Below, piece by piece: positions 34,660 through 44,400 of a DNA stretch of 63,472 nt; positions within the stretch are counted from its first letter, which is position 1, and every line of letters starts with the position of its first letter. The stretch covers positions 1 to 63,472 of the forward strand of contig CAYTFC010000007.1 in the NCBI GenBank assembly GCA_964436955.1. Reading direction: 5' to 3'. The DNA comes from an uncultured bacterium (lineage in GTDB: Bacteria > Chlamydiota > Chlamydiia > Chlamydiales > JAJFMA01). The notes below the pieces were generated by a model that saw nothing but the letters and a program-made list of their open reading frames with translations, was not told the origin of the DNA and searched no databases. A program made the position numbers and the translations under genes.

Positions 34660-36618
34660 TTACTGCTTGTTATGTGTCATGAACCAAATGAGATCTCTCA
34701 TTATGTTATATGTTTCATTGAGCTGAAAATCGTTTTGCACAAGTTTGTCCAGGTCAACTTCCGCTTCGATATCCTTGTCCTTATCTTTATTCTGGATTTC
34801 CTTAAGAAATGCCTGGTACCCCTTATCATCCCGAATACGTTGTTCAGAGTTCTTTTTAAGTCTCTCAATGTACTTAGAATAGATATCTAAGCGCTGTTGC
34901 AGGTCAAAACGATAGAGCTTGGCAACGCGCGCGCGCTGTAAAAAGGGAATATCTAATAGCTTATCATCAAAATTATCTTCTATCTTATCTGGCTGTAACG
35001 GATATTTGGAGGTTTTTTCCCCGATGTCCGATGACGACATGGAACCTGGAATAACAATTTCCGGGATAACTCCGACCATTTGGGGAGTCTTTCCCGATAC
35101 TGTATAGTAACGTCCACGTGTGACCTTATATTCCCCTTCTGGATTCACTTTGCTTTCTTGAGTGCCATTTAAGGTAAACGTCTGGAAAGAACCCTTACCA
35201 TACGAATGCTCATCACCAACAATAATTGCTCTGCCATAGTCTTGTAGAGCTTGTGCAACAATCTCTGCAGCGGACGCACTTCCTTTATTGATAACGACTA
35301 CCAATGGGCCATCCCACGCCATCTTGCCATCAAGATCGCGCATATGCTGCACTTTCCCTGTTTCATCCTTAATAGAAACAACCACACCTTTAGTGATAAA
35401 GAGACCCGTCACCGTGACTGCTTGAGCAAGAAGTCCGCCAGTGTTGGACCGCAAATCCAGCACCATGCCTTTGACATTGTAGGTCTTCTTCATCTGCTCG
35501 ATGGCTTTTTGTAGGTCAGCTGCCGAGGATGTCTCGGGATCTTGATAGAAAGTGTGTAGTCGCAGATATCCAATAACACCGTCGCCAAAAGCTTCTACTG
35601 AAGACTCATAGCGAGCATCCGTAATCACTACTTCGCCGCGTTCAATCGGAATCTCAATATTCGTTTCCTTTTGATTACCCTCTCCGCCTTCCTCTTCTCT
35701 AATAACGGTCAAACGCACAGTTGTGCCCTGCTCACCGCGGATAAGCCCCACAGCATCCGTAATATCCATACCAACGATAGGCTCGCCATTAACGGCTATA
35801 ATACGATCTTTTACCTTGAGCTTGCCGTTGCGTGCCGCAGGACCACCATCGACAATCTTTACTATTGTTAAACCCGTGATATCATCGCGCAACTGAGCTC
35901 CAATACCAAACAAACGCTGCTGCACGCCAATTAGAAAATCCTTGGCTTCGTCCGGGGTAAAATAGTTCGTATGTGTGTCAAATGAAGACGCTGTCGCCTT
36001 TAACACGTTCGCAAAAATTTCGGTCGTTCGCTTTTTTGCATCAGTGGTCAAGATTTCATCTTCGTACTTCAACTGATACTTTTCGATGCGTTGCTGAGCT
36101 TTTTCCCTTAACTCAGGCGTCATCTTCTCAGTAACATCACGTTGAAGCGCCTTAATTTTCTTTAACCGATCAAGAAGTTCGGTTTCGGAACTAACCCAAT
36201 CCGGATCTTTGAATTCTTTTCTATCTACTTTTGCAGGGAGTTGATCGGGATTAATTGTCTTCATCAGCTCTCGACGACGCAGAATTGCCTTTCCCATAGC
36301 AGTCTGTATGGCGACAAACGTCTCGTAATTGGCGGACGAGTACTCCTTTATAATCTCTTGCAATTGAGCATCAGTGGGCTCTATCCATTGCTTGATATCG
36401 CTCTTAATAAAATACGTTTTTGAAGGATCCAATAACTCAAGATAGTTATTCAATGCTCTTTTAACAACAACAGGGTCCAACTGCTTTACACTCGCATGGG
36501 CAGCCATGATCTCATTCAGCTTACTCTTTACACCCTGAGCATCGATTTCCGGCAGTTTTGCCGAGAACGCCACGGGAAGCAATAGGCCAATTAAAACAAA
36601 TAGACATCTCCGCAGCAT
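34660..36618 (-). CDS. tsp: Tail-specific (C-terminal processing) protease, S41 family with PDZ domain
   Basis: The preferred start is at 36618 (MLRRCLFVLIGLLLPVAFSA signal) with a GGGAGG SD. A PDZ region is present, along with the S41 motifs TGGLL and GSASAAEIVAQAL. The gene lies 12 nt upstream of gltX. Confidence 0.85.
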   Translation of the reverse strand: MLRRCLFVLIGLLLPVAFSAKLPEIDAQGVKSKLNEIMAAHASVKQLDPVVVKRALNNYLELLDPSKTYFIKSDIKQWIEPTDAQLQEIIKEYSSANYETFVAIQTAMGKAILRRRELMKTINPDQLPAKVDRKEFKDPDWVSSETELLDRLKKIKALQRDVTEKMTPELREKAQQRIEKYQLKYEDEILTTDAKKRTTEIFANVLKATASSFDTHTNYFTPDEAKDFLIGVQQRLFGIGAQLRDDITGLTIVKIVDGGPAARNGKLKVKDRIIAVNGEPIVGMDITDAVGLIRGEQGTTVRLTVIREEEGGEGNQKETNIEIPIERGEVVITDARYESSVEAFGDGVIGYLRLHTFYQDPETSSAADLQKAIEQMKKTYNVKGMVLDLRSNTGGLLAQAVTVTGLFITKGVVVSIKDETGKVQHMRDLDGKMAWDGPLVVVINKGSASAAEIVAQALQDYGRAIIVGDEHSYGKGSFQTFTLNGTQESKVNPEGEYKVTRGRYYTVSGKTPQMVGVIPEIVIPGSMSSSDIGEKTSKYPLQPDKIEDNFDDKLLDIPFLQRARVAKLYRFDLQQRLDIYSKYIERLKKNSEQRIRDDKGYQAFLKEIQNKDKDKDIEAEVDLDKLVQNDFQLNETYNIMRDLIWFMTHNKQ

Positions 36619-36907
36619 CCGAGCCTCCCAAATAAACTTCCACCGGAAAAATTTGTATACTAGCGTCATCATACTTGAGTGAAACTTTTCATTCCAGGCC
36701 CCTGATCGCTAGTGAGCCTGGTTCCATAAGTCTCGGTGCGAATTGGAGCCCCAGGGAGGGAGCGCCCCTCTAGACATTTTTTTGCAAAAATGCTTGCTTT
36801 GAATTCATTAATATGTACAATAGATCTACTAATTAATCAATTAAGTATGAGTTTGTGCAATTTAAGTGACCAATAAAAAACGGTCAAAAGGAAATAAGGA
36901 ATCAAAC

Positions 36908-37369
36908 ATGGCAACCAAGATAAAGACGACAAAGGGTAAGACCTCAGGAATGAAGAAACCGCCTATCGGCAAGGAAATTCTCTCCATTACTGAAGCTGCT
37001 CGACTTAATAACGTTACGCGGCAAGCAATCTATGTCGCAATTAAACTAAATAAACTAAGAGCCAAGAAAGAAGAAGCCCGTTGGGCAATTCATGTAAACG
37101 ACCTAGAAGAATACAGGAAGAATAAGTATTCCAGGTCTAAGTCTGTTTTTGGCGGAGAACTGCTTTTTGATAATAAAAGAGGTTATTTCTCAGTTAATCA
37201 AGTGGCTCGCATGCTCGGCGTTCCACCCCAAAAAATTTATTACGCTACTCGCGTGGGCAAAATGAAAGCTCTGCGCAAAGGAGCAGCTTGGGTCATTCAT
37301 GTAGACGACGTGAAGGACTACCAAGGCAAACATTTAGAAAGTAAGAGCATCAAGTTAGAAGCTTGCTAA
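36908..37369 (+). CDS. Basic protein with two tandem excisionase/MerR-like helix-turn-helix repeats
   Basis: The ATG at 36908 has an AAGGA SD. Repeat 1 is LSITEAARLNNVTRQAIYVAIKLNKLRAKKEEARWAIHVNDLEEY. Repeat 2 is FSVNQVARMLGVPPQKIYYATRVGKMKALRKGAAWVIHVDDVKDY. Confidence 0.5.
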   Translation: MATKIKTTKGKTSGMKKPPIGKEILSITEAARLNNVTRQAIYVAIKLNKLRAKKEEARWAIHVNDLEEYRKNKYSRSKSVFGGELLFDNKRGYFSVNQVARMLGVPPQKIYYATRVGKMKALRKGAAWVIHVDDVKDYQGKHLESKSIKLEAC

Positions 37370-37489
37370 TAAGTTTGCTCTCTTACTTCATGCTGGCGTT
37401 CGCAAGAAGAACGTCAGCCGCATTCCCATCTTGAGTTCTTCTCGCGAATCTCTTACGATACGCGATACGTATAAATTCAGGAGATTTGA

Positions 37490-38212
37490 ATGGGATTAAG
37501 AAGCACGCTATTAGCAAAAATAGGGTACGAGAAGAAGCGATATAAGCATCAGCTTCCTTACCCGCTTGACGCTTTGCGAAATCTATCTAAGGGCCATCCC
37601 GTGTCGACAATTTTTGATGTCGGGGCACACTACGGGGTGGTTACAGGTAAGCTGCGTAAAAAATTTCCGCAAGCTACTGTATACAGTTTTGAACCCCTAC
37701 CTGCCAGCTTTGTCCAGCTATCGGCTGCACATAGTCATGATCGTCAGGTAAAGTGTTTTCCCTTAGCTTTAGGGGAGCAGGTCGGGGTAAGCCAGCTTCA
37801 TGTCAATAGGTCGTCGGCAACAAGTTCGTTGCTACCCACTGTACAAGACGTATCGAAATGGGTGCCCATGAACCTTATCGAAACGGTGGAGACCGCCGAG
37901 GTTAACGTAACAACTATCGACGCATTTTGCGAGCTAGATAGGGTACGCCATATTGATATATTGAAGATTGACGCACAAGGCGGCGACCTTGCTGTACTAC
38001 GTGGGGCCAGCGAGATGTTGACCGCCAGACGTGTGCGGCTAATACTTGTGGAAGTGAACGTCGTTAAAATGTACGACGGTCAAGCTGGCTTTCATGAGAT
38101 TAGTAGCTATCTGTCGGGATTTGGATTTAGATTATTTGATCTTTTTGCCTTGTCCCATTCAGAAAACGGCCAGCTCAAGTGGGCGGACGCTATTTATTGC
38201 CAAGATGTTTAG
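37490..38212 (+). CDS. FkbM-family SAM-dependent methyltransferase
   Basis: 240 aa with IFDVGAHYG (SAM loop) and IDILKIDAQGGDLAVLRGA ... LILVEV, typical of FkbM. Confidence 0.7.
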   Translation: MGLRSTLLAKIGYEKKRYKHQLPYPLDALRNLSKGHPVSTIFDVGAHYGVVTGKLRKKFPQATVYSFEPLPASFVQLSAAHSHDRQVKCFPLALGEQVGVSQLHVNRSSATSSLLPTVQDVSKWVPMNLIETVETAEVNVTTIDAFCELDRVRHIDILKIDAQGGDLAVLRGASEMLTARRVRLILVEVNVVKMYDGQAGFHEISSYLSGFGFRLFDLFALSHSENGQLKWADAIYCQDV

Positions 38213-38252
38213 GAAAAGAAGCCCCACTTTTTTGTGAAGACGCAACGAGATT

Positions 38253-39152
38253 CTATCTGACTAGAAAAGCCTTTAGCTTTTCGCGATCGCGAAGCCAGCG
38301 GGCATAAGCAAATTCTGCAGTCTCCAAAACTTTTTCTTTCAACTCTGCCGGAGGCGGCCACGCTTTGCTAATCGGTCCATTCTTGTTGAATAAATGCCCA
38401 TTAACGCCGTCCTGAATATATTCATTCATCGTGGCGCCGTGATAACTAATGACAATTTTACCCAATGCTAGCGCTTCTAAAAAACTAAAGCCTATTCCTT
38501 CATAACAACGCGGTGCTAGGTAGTAATCAGCCTGCTGAACTTTCGCCATAAGCGCTTCTTTAGTCAGCCATCCCTGCAAATGTTCGACTTCAAAGGGAAA
38601 GGAAGGTAATGATGCTACAGGCAAGTCTGTTTTATAAATCACCTTTTCTACAGTACCATTCGGAAAGACTTCTTGAATAGTTTTCAAACCAATCTCTGAT
38701 TCACGCTGCCAACAAAACACAGTATAGGGTGGAGTTGCTCTATGAGAGACCCTCTCTAAATTGGGTTCGGGAAAATACTGTGCCAAAAGCGAATGCATAC
38801 CCCGAGTTATCATAAAACGGTGCAATTCCTCACAAAATGAAATCGTTTCAATACCGCAGATTCGATGAGCCAAGCACCGCATTCTTGGCAAAGGCTCAAC
38901 CCCTTCCCACATAGGTACCCATATCTTACGCACGCCGCGTAGTTTCCATAAATGATGGGTTATAGAGGGGCGAGTTTGAAAGAAGATCACAAGATCGGGT
39001 TGATGGCCTTTAATCTGTTCTAAACATTGCTCTTCCGTAAATTCTTCGCGTCTAATGAGTTTAACGTCACCAATTTCATTAAGAATTTTAAGCAAAAAGC
39101 CATCACTTTGCGTGGCAATATGGCATTTACGGCCTAGGAATGCGATTTTCAC
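38253..39152 (-). CDS. Glycosyltransferase (GT-B C-terminal half recognisable)
   Basis: 299 aa with APRCYEGIGFSFLEALALGKIVISYHGATMNEYIQDGVNGHLF. The start overlaps the recJ stop by 4 nt. Confidence 0.6.
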   Translation of the reverse strand: MKIAFLGRKCHIATQSDGFLLKILNEIGDVKLIRREEFTEEQCLEQIKGHQPDLVIFFQTRPSITHHLWKLRGVRKIWVPMWEGVEPLPRMRCLAHRICGIETISFCEELHRFMITRGMHSLLAQYFPEPNLERVSHRATPPYTVFCWQRESEIGLKTIQEVFPNGTVEKVIYKTDLPVASLPSFPFEVEHLQGWLTKEALMAKVQQADYYLAPRCYEGIGFSFLEALALGKIVISYHGATMNEYIQDGVNGHLFNKNGPISKAWPPPAELKEKVLETAEFAYARWLRDREKLKAFLVR

Positions 39153-40957
39153 TGTGAAACCTGATCTATCATCTCTACGATTTCAGAAGTGTCCTCGGTA
39201 TCGCGAGGCTCGCCTTCTCCAATGACTTGAAAATCACGAATAAGGAGTTGAATGCTCGCTTTGTTTTGAAAAATATTGATTTGTGGAGTGAAGGCTACTC
39301 TCAAGGTAAGATCTTTGCGGCGCAGTTCTCGATAATGCTGAGCTTTACCAAAAGCCACTCCTTCTAGAATGCGATCCCCTTGCTGCAGATACATACGCAG
39401 ATGTGTTTTACCGATCACCTTAGGTGGCCATGCTTGCACCGCATCGCAGTAGAGAACGGGAGGAGCATTTTCATTACCAAAAGGCTCTAAAAGTTTAATG
39501 GCCTCCATGAAATCAAAGGTAAGCTCTTGAAAACTAACTTGGCTATCCAAGTAGAGTTTACTGATGATATCGTCATCACCAAGTTCTCTCTCTACAGCGG
39601 ATATAAAACGCTCTTTAAAAGCATCGATATTACTCGCCTGAATCGTCAAACCCGCAGCGTAATCGTGTCCTCCGAAGTTCAAGAGAAGTTCGGCACTCTC
39701 TTTAAGAGTGGTCAATAATGGAAATTCGCGAATAGAGCGGAGAGATCCCTTGCCGATTTTGCCATCAATGGCGATCATAACAGTAGGGCGATTATACATT
39801 TTGCAAATGCGGGTGCAAACAATTGCGATAACTCCTGGGTGCCACTTATCCGAGAACATCACAATCCCTTTACGGCTTAAGATTGCTTTGTCTGTATCTA
39901 AACTTTGCTCCACATCAGCAGACATCGTACGTTCAATACGCTGACGCTCTATATTATTAAGATCCAATTCTTTAGCAAGTATTTCAGCACCTTGAGCATC
40001 TTTTAGAAGAAGAAGTTCGACGCCTTTTTGCGGATCATCAATTCTCCCGAGACTATTTAGGCGGGGCGCTATTTTAGAAGCGATATCAAAAGTAGTTAGG
40101 TCTGTAGCATCAACCTCACAGACCTCCATTAACTTAGCCAACCCCATACGCTTTCCACGTCGCAATTGCCGCAGACCGTACCGCACTAAAACACGATTTT
40201 CGCCGAGTAAGCTGCCCATATCGGACACAGTTCCGAGAGCCACAAGATCAAGACAGCGCTTCAGGTCTACAGCATCCGCCGCAATTTTACCTTGGGCAAC
40301 ACGCACATTCATGATCGCATGTGCTAGTTTAAAGGCAACTCCAACGCCAGTCAGATCTCGGTTAGGATAGACATTACCAACTAGTTTAGGATTTAAAGTA
40401 GCCACGCAATGAGGGATTTCGTCGGTCGGCTCATGGTGGTCAGTAATGATGACATCAAGACTTTTTTCAATGACTTTAGCAATTTCAACAGCAGCTGTGA
40501 TGCCACAGTCAACCGTAATCATCAGCTTGCATTCATGCTGCAAGGCATATTCAATGGCATCAACGAATAAGCTTTCGCGCAACAACGTGCGGCTTGAGAT
40601 AAAAAAATGGGCATTAGCACCAATGTGACGCAAAAACTCGGTAAGAAGCGCTGTGCCTGTCATTCCATCTACATCATTATCACCATAGATAAGGATGGCT
40701 TCCCCTGTATCAATAGCATGACACACTCGCTTAACAGCCTGATCCATACCACCCAATAGAAATGGATCCAGAAGATCGGGTAATTTGGCATAAAGATAAG
40801 AATGGATCTCATCAAGAGAAGTGAAACCACGTGCAACAAGAATTTGCGCTGTAACAGGATGTAAACGAAACTCTTTGATAATAGATTCTTTGAGAGCCGG
40901 ATCTTCTTTCGGATAAACCCAAACCGGTTCATCATGCGACGCGCCATTAGTCAGCAT
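39149..40957 (-). CDS. recJ: Single-stranded-DNA-specific exonuclease RecJ
   Basis: 602 aa with the DHH-family motifs IYGDNDVDG, TVDCG and IITDHHEP, plus a DHHA1 region (GGHDYAAG). Confidence 0.9.
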   Translation of the reverse strand: MLTNGASHDEPVWVYPKEDPALKESIIKEFRLHPVTAQILVARGFTSLDEIHSYLYAKLPDLLDPFLLGGMDQAVKRVCHAIDTGEAILIYGDNDVDGMTGTALLTEFLRHIGANAHFFISSRTLLRESLFVDAIEYALQHECKLMITVDCGITAAVEIAKVIEKSLDVIITDHHEPTDEIPHCVATLNPKLVGNVYPNRDLTGVGVAFKLAHAIMNVRVAQGKIAADAVDLKRCLDLVALGTVSDMGSLLGENRVLVRYGLRQLRRGKRMGLAKLMEVCEVDATDLTTFDIASKIAPRLNSLGRIDDPQKGVELLLLKDAQGAEILAKELDLNNIERQRIERTMSADVEQSLDTDKAILSRKGIVMFSDKWHPGVIAIVCTRICKMYNRPTVMIAIDGKIGKGSLRSIREFPLLTTLKESAELLLNFGGHDYAAGLTIQASNIDAFKERFISAVERELGDDDIISKLYLDSQVSFQELTFDFMEAIKLLEPFGNENAPPVLYCDAVQAWPPKVIGKTHLRMYLQQGDRILEGVAFGKAQHYRELRRKDLTLRVAFTPQINIFQNKASIQLLIRDFQVIGEGEPRDTEDTSEIVEMIDQVSQ

Positions 40958-41240
40958 GCTTTAGCTCCTTGGTCTCACGCTGTATTGAAGCACGCGTCAT
41001 TTGGCCTCTACGGTTACGCTATTTATGCGCACACGGCCAATAGCCCTGCTGGAAAGATGCCTATGCGTCACAGCTATGTATAAACGACAGCTGAGAATTG
41101 CTTAAGAACCTGTCCACCAAGAAACTTTAGATATACCTCCTACAAAGGCGAGATAAAGTGAGCTATTCCAATGTGCTAGCCCCTTGTATACCTGTTCCTA
41201 GAGTGGTCTGTCAAGTCCATTTTCGAGAGCAAGAGCTATA

Positions 41241-41415
41241 CAAATTACATCTTAATCGTGCCCGATCCCTACCTCGCTTCTCAATAACATCCTAAACCGT
41301 GCCCGCGCCCGTGCCTGAAAAAAAACTTCTAATCAGATAACTGAATTTAGAAAACGGGATAGGGCACGATTAGGATGTTATGGGGAAAGTTAGCGGGCTC
41401 GGGCACGAGTGGAGT
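41241..41415. repeat. Copy of the mosaic repeat family with internal inverted segments
   Basis: 41282..41310 (caataacatcctaaaccgtgcccgcgccc) is homologous to 88..116. 41356..41385 is an inverted, rearranged copy (gggatagggcacgattaggatgttatgggg). Confidence 0.7.
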
Positions 41416-41456
41416 GTCATTTACAGGAGTGTTGGAGATCGGAAATTTGAGGGGAT

Positions 41457-41487
41457 AAAAAAAGCGCTGCCTAGCGATAGGCAGCGC
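41457..41487 (-). terminator. Rho-independent terminator of secDF
   Basis: A perfect 10-bp stem GCGCTGCCTA/TAGGCAGCGC with a 4-nt loop. On the minus strand it is followed by T7. It lies 10 nt after the secDF stop. Confidence 0.7.
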
Positions 41488-41497
41488 ATAAGATTCT

Positions 41498-44400
41498 TTA
41501 CGCTTTACGCAGCTTATATTCTTCTTGTTGCTGTTGCTCTTCCCTATCATGGAAGTACAGCATAATTGGAGAACTGATAAACAATGAAGATATTGTTCCT
41601 ACAATCACACCTACAGTCATGACGAGCGAAAATCCGAATATTGAGCTACCACCAAACAATAACATACAAAGCAACACGACCAGTGTTGTACTTGACGTCA
41701 TCAATGTACGACTTAGTGTAATGTTAAGTGCATGATTAACCATATCGCGGAACTTCATCTTACGTAGGACGCGCACATCCTCACGAATACGGTCAAATAC
41801 AATAATTATATCGTTTAGCGAATAACCTAGAATGGCCATTACAGCGCCCATAATCTCCAGGTCGATCTGCACAGAAAAACCCATCACATGCGCCACCGCT
41901 AGCACTCCTAACGAAACAATCACATCGTTCACTAAGCCAACGACAGCCGCGATAGCATACTTGAACTCGAATCGAAGGGTAATGTAGATCAAAATAGCCG
42001 CTAATGCTAGGCACAATGCCCATAGCGCGTTATAACGCATCGCATCAGAGAACTGACCACTCATGACTGTCCAGCGGTTGTAAAGCTGATCTAAGTCCGC
42101 ATGTCGCACTTCCAATCCGGCTTCCTTCAACGCATGAGTTACCCAGACGATACGAGGATTCTTCTCGTACTGGTATTCATATTTGCCTTCATTAGACAGC
42201 TCCAATGGCAAGCCATGGAATACGCCACCTGCTTCTTCCACACCCATACCAATCTGAATTTTGATTTGATTGGGTCTGCTAAGCTGTTTTACTTGCACGT
42301 CCTTAGCGGCGATACCTTGACGCTCTAATGCTTGCTTAGCTAGTAGGCGGTAGCTGTCCACATCTTTCTTTTCTTGGAGTTCAACTGTCAACGAATAACC
42401 ACCAGTAAAGTCCATACCCATGATGGTGTTACGCTCTGCATAGAGCAAGTAAAGGCTTGCAACACAAAGGACGCCAAAGGTGATGAAAGCTGTTTTGGCA
42501 TAGGATAAGAAATCAATTTTGGTGTTGCCAATCCAATGAGACATCGTCAGGTTCTTGTGCTTAGGATCCTGCACCCAACCCGCAAAAAAGAAACGTGTCA
42601 TGAAAAGACCAGTAAACATCGATGAGGCAATACCGATGATGATGACCGTTGCAAAGCCTTTAATCGGCCCGGAATCGAATTGTGTCAAAATTAAAGCGGC
42701 AATGATGGTTGTGAGGTTGGAGTCCACAATAGCGCTAAACGCTTTGCGATAGCCGGCTGACAACGCTGAGCCTAGGCGGCCGGATATTTGGAATTCTTCT
42801 CTGAACCTCTCAAAAACCAGCACGTTAGCATCGACCGCCATACCGATAGTCAATACGAGACCAGCAATACCTGGGAGTGTTAAGGCTGCACCAATGTTCT
42901 GTAGCACGCCCCACATGATCAGTAGGTTGAAGAGAACCGCTACGCAGGCCACTAGACCAGCAAAACGATAGTATCCACACATCATGATCACTACGCACAA
43001 AATGGCGATACCAAAAGCAACCATACCTTTTGTACGTTCTTCAAGGCCAAGGTCCGGGCTGATGTTTTCTTCCGACAAAATACGTGGTGTAAAGCTGAGC
43101 GATCCGGCTTTGAGGTCAGCAGCCAGCTGATTTACTTCACGTTGTGTAAATCGTCCTGTAATACGCGCTTGCGCACTCAGTGCGGCCTGCAAAGTAGGTG
43201 AGCTAATGATGCGGTCATTCAAAATCACCGCCATGCGCCAACCGCTACCGTTGGTGTACTTCTCCTTGGATGTTCCCGCTACTTCTTCTTTAGCGAATTG
43301 CGAGGTCCATGCATAGAAATCATCTCGTGGGTTGCCGGAGCGATGTTGCCCATCATAGGAGCTCTTTACTTCAAAGCTCAACATATTGCCTTCAGAAGGA
43401 TCATATCCTACCTGAACGTTCGACAGGCTGGAACCTTCTAGAGCATAGTTGCGGAAGACAAACATTAAGGGGTGAGTGTATCCCTGCCACGCATTGTAGT
43501 CGTCACCGGATCGCACTGCGATAGAAGACACAGCATCATCAAAGGCGCCACTAACGGACTTTTCATCGGGATTACCGAGGCGTAGACCATTTTGGTAGAG
43601 AAGACGCGCTTGCTCCGATCGTGGGCGGATTTGTCCACCAAGCATGTCACCACCTAGGTGCTTCCATGCGATGGAATTGATGCTATCAATGTCTTTGCGG
43701 TTGGTAACAACTGCTTCGTTCCATACGTCTTGTAGGAAGCGATCGGAGGCATTAAAGAGGTCTTTGTTCTCGTTATTGCGAGCATCACGTGATGGAGGGC
43801 CAAACTTCTCGTTCACAATATGGAATGTCATGGTAGAAGCTTTTACAAGCTCGCTAGCAGATAGACCTTGTGAACCAGGGAAGTCTAGAATGATGTTTTC
43901 ACCTTCAACGCGAATGGATCTCTCAGCTACACCCATCTTGTTGATACGTGTGTAGAGTTCATTAACAGCTTGATTAAGGTCTTCTGGTTTGGTAACAGGA
44001 CGGCCATTTTGGTCTGTGAGGCCAATACGCACTGTTTTACCGCCAGAAAGGTCCAGGCCCCACTTCAAAATTTTCGAGTCATCACCACGGAAATATTTGC
44101 GACCACTCAATTCAAAGTTGTCTACAAATACGTTCTTAGTAGGAGCAGGGACAAAGAGACGGTTTACGGGATCTAAGTCCACCTGAGCTGTGTGATACTC
44201 GTCACGCCATTTAAGCAGGTCCTCGTGAATTTTGTCTTCAATGCGGTTGAGCGTCAAAATGCGCTGCTCAACATCGGTATAGTCTAAGACTGCAAAGCGT
44301 TTGCTTCCTTTAACAGAAAAGTCTTCACGAGTCGCTTTTACCAGTGCGTCATAATAATTAGGCAGACGGAAAATGTAGTCGTGTTTGTATTCAGGTGCAA

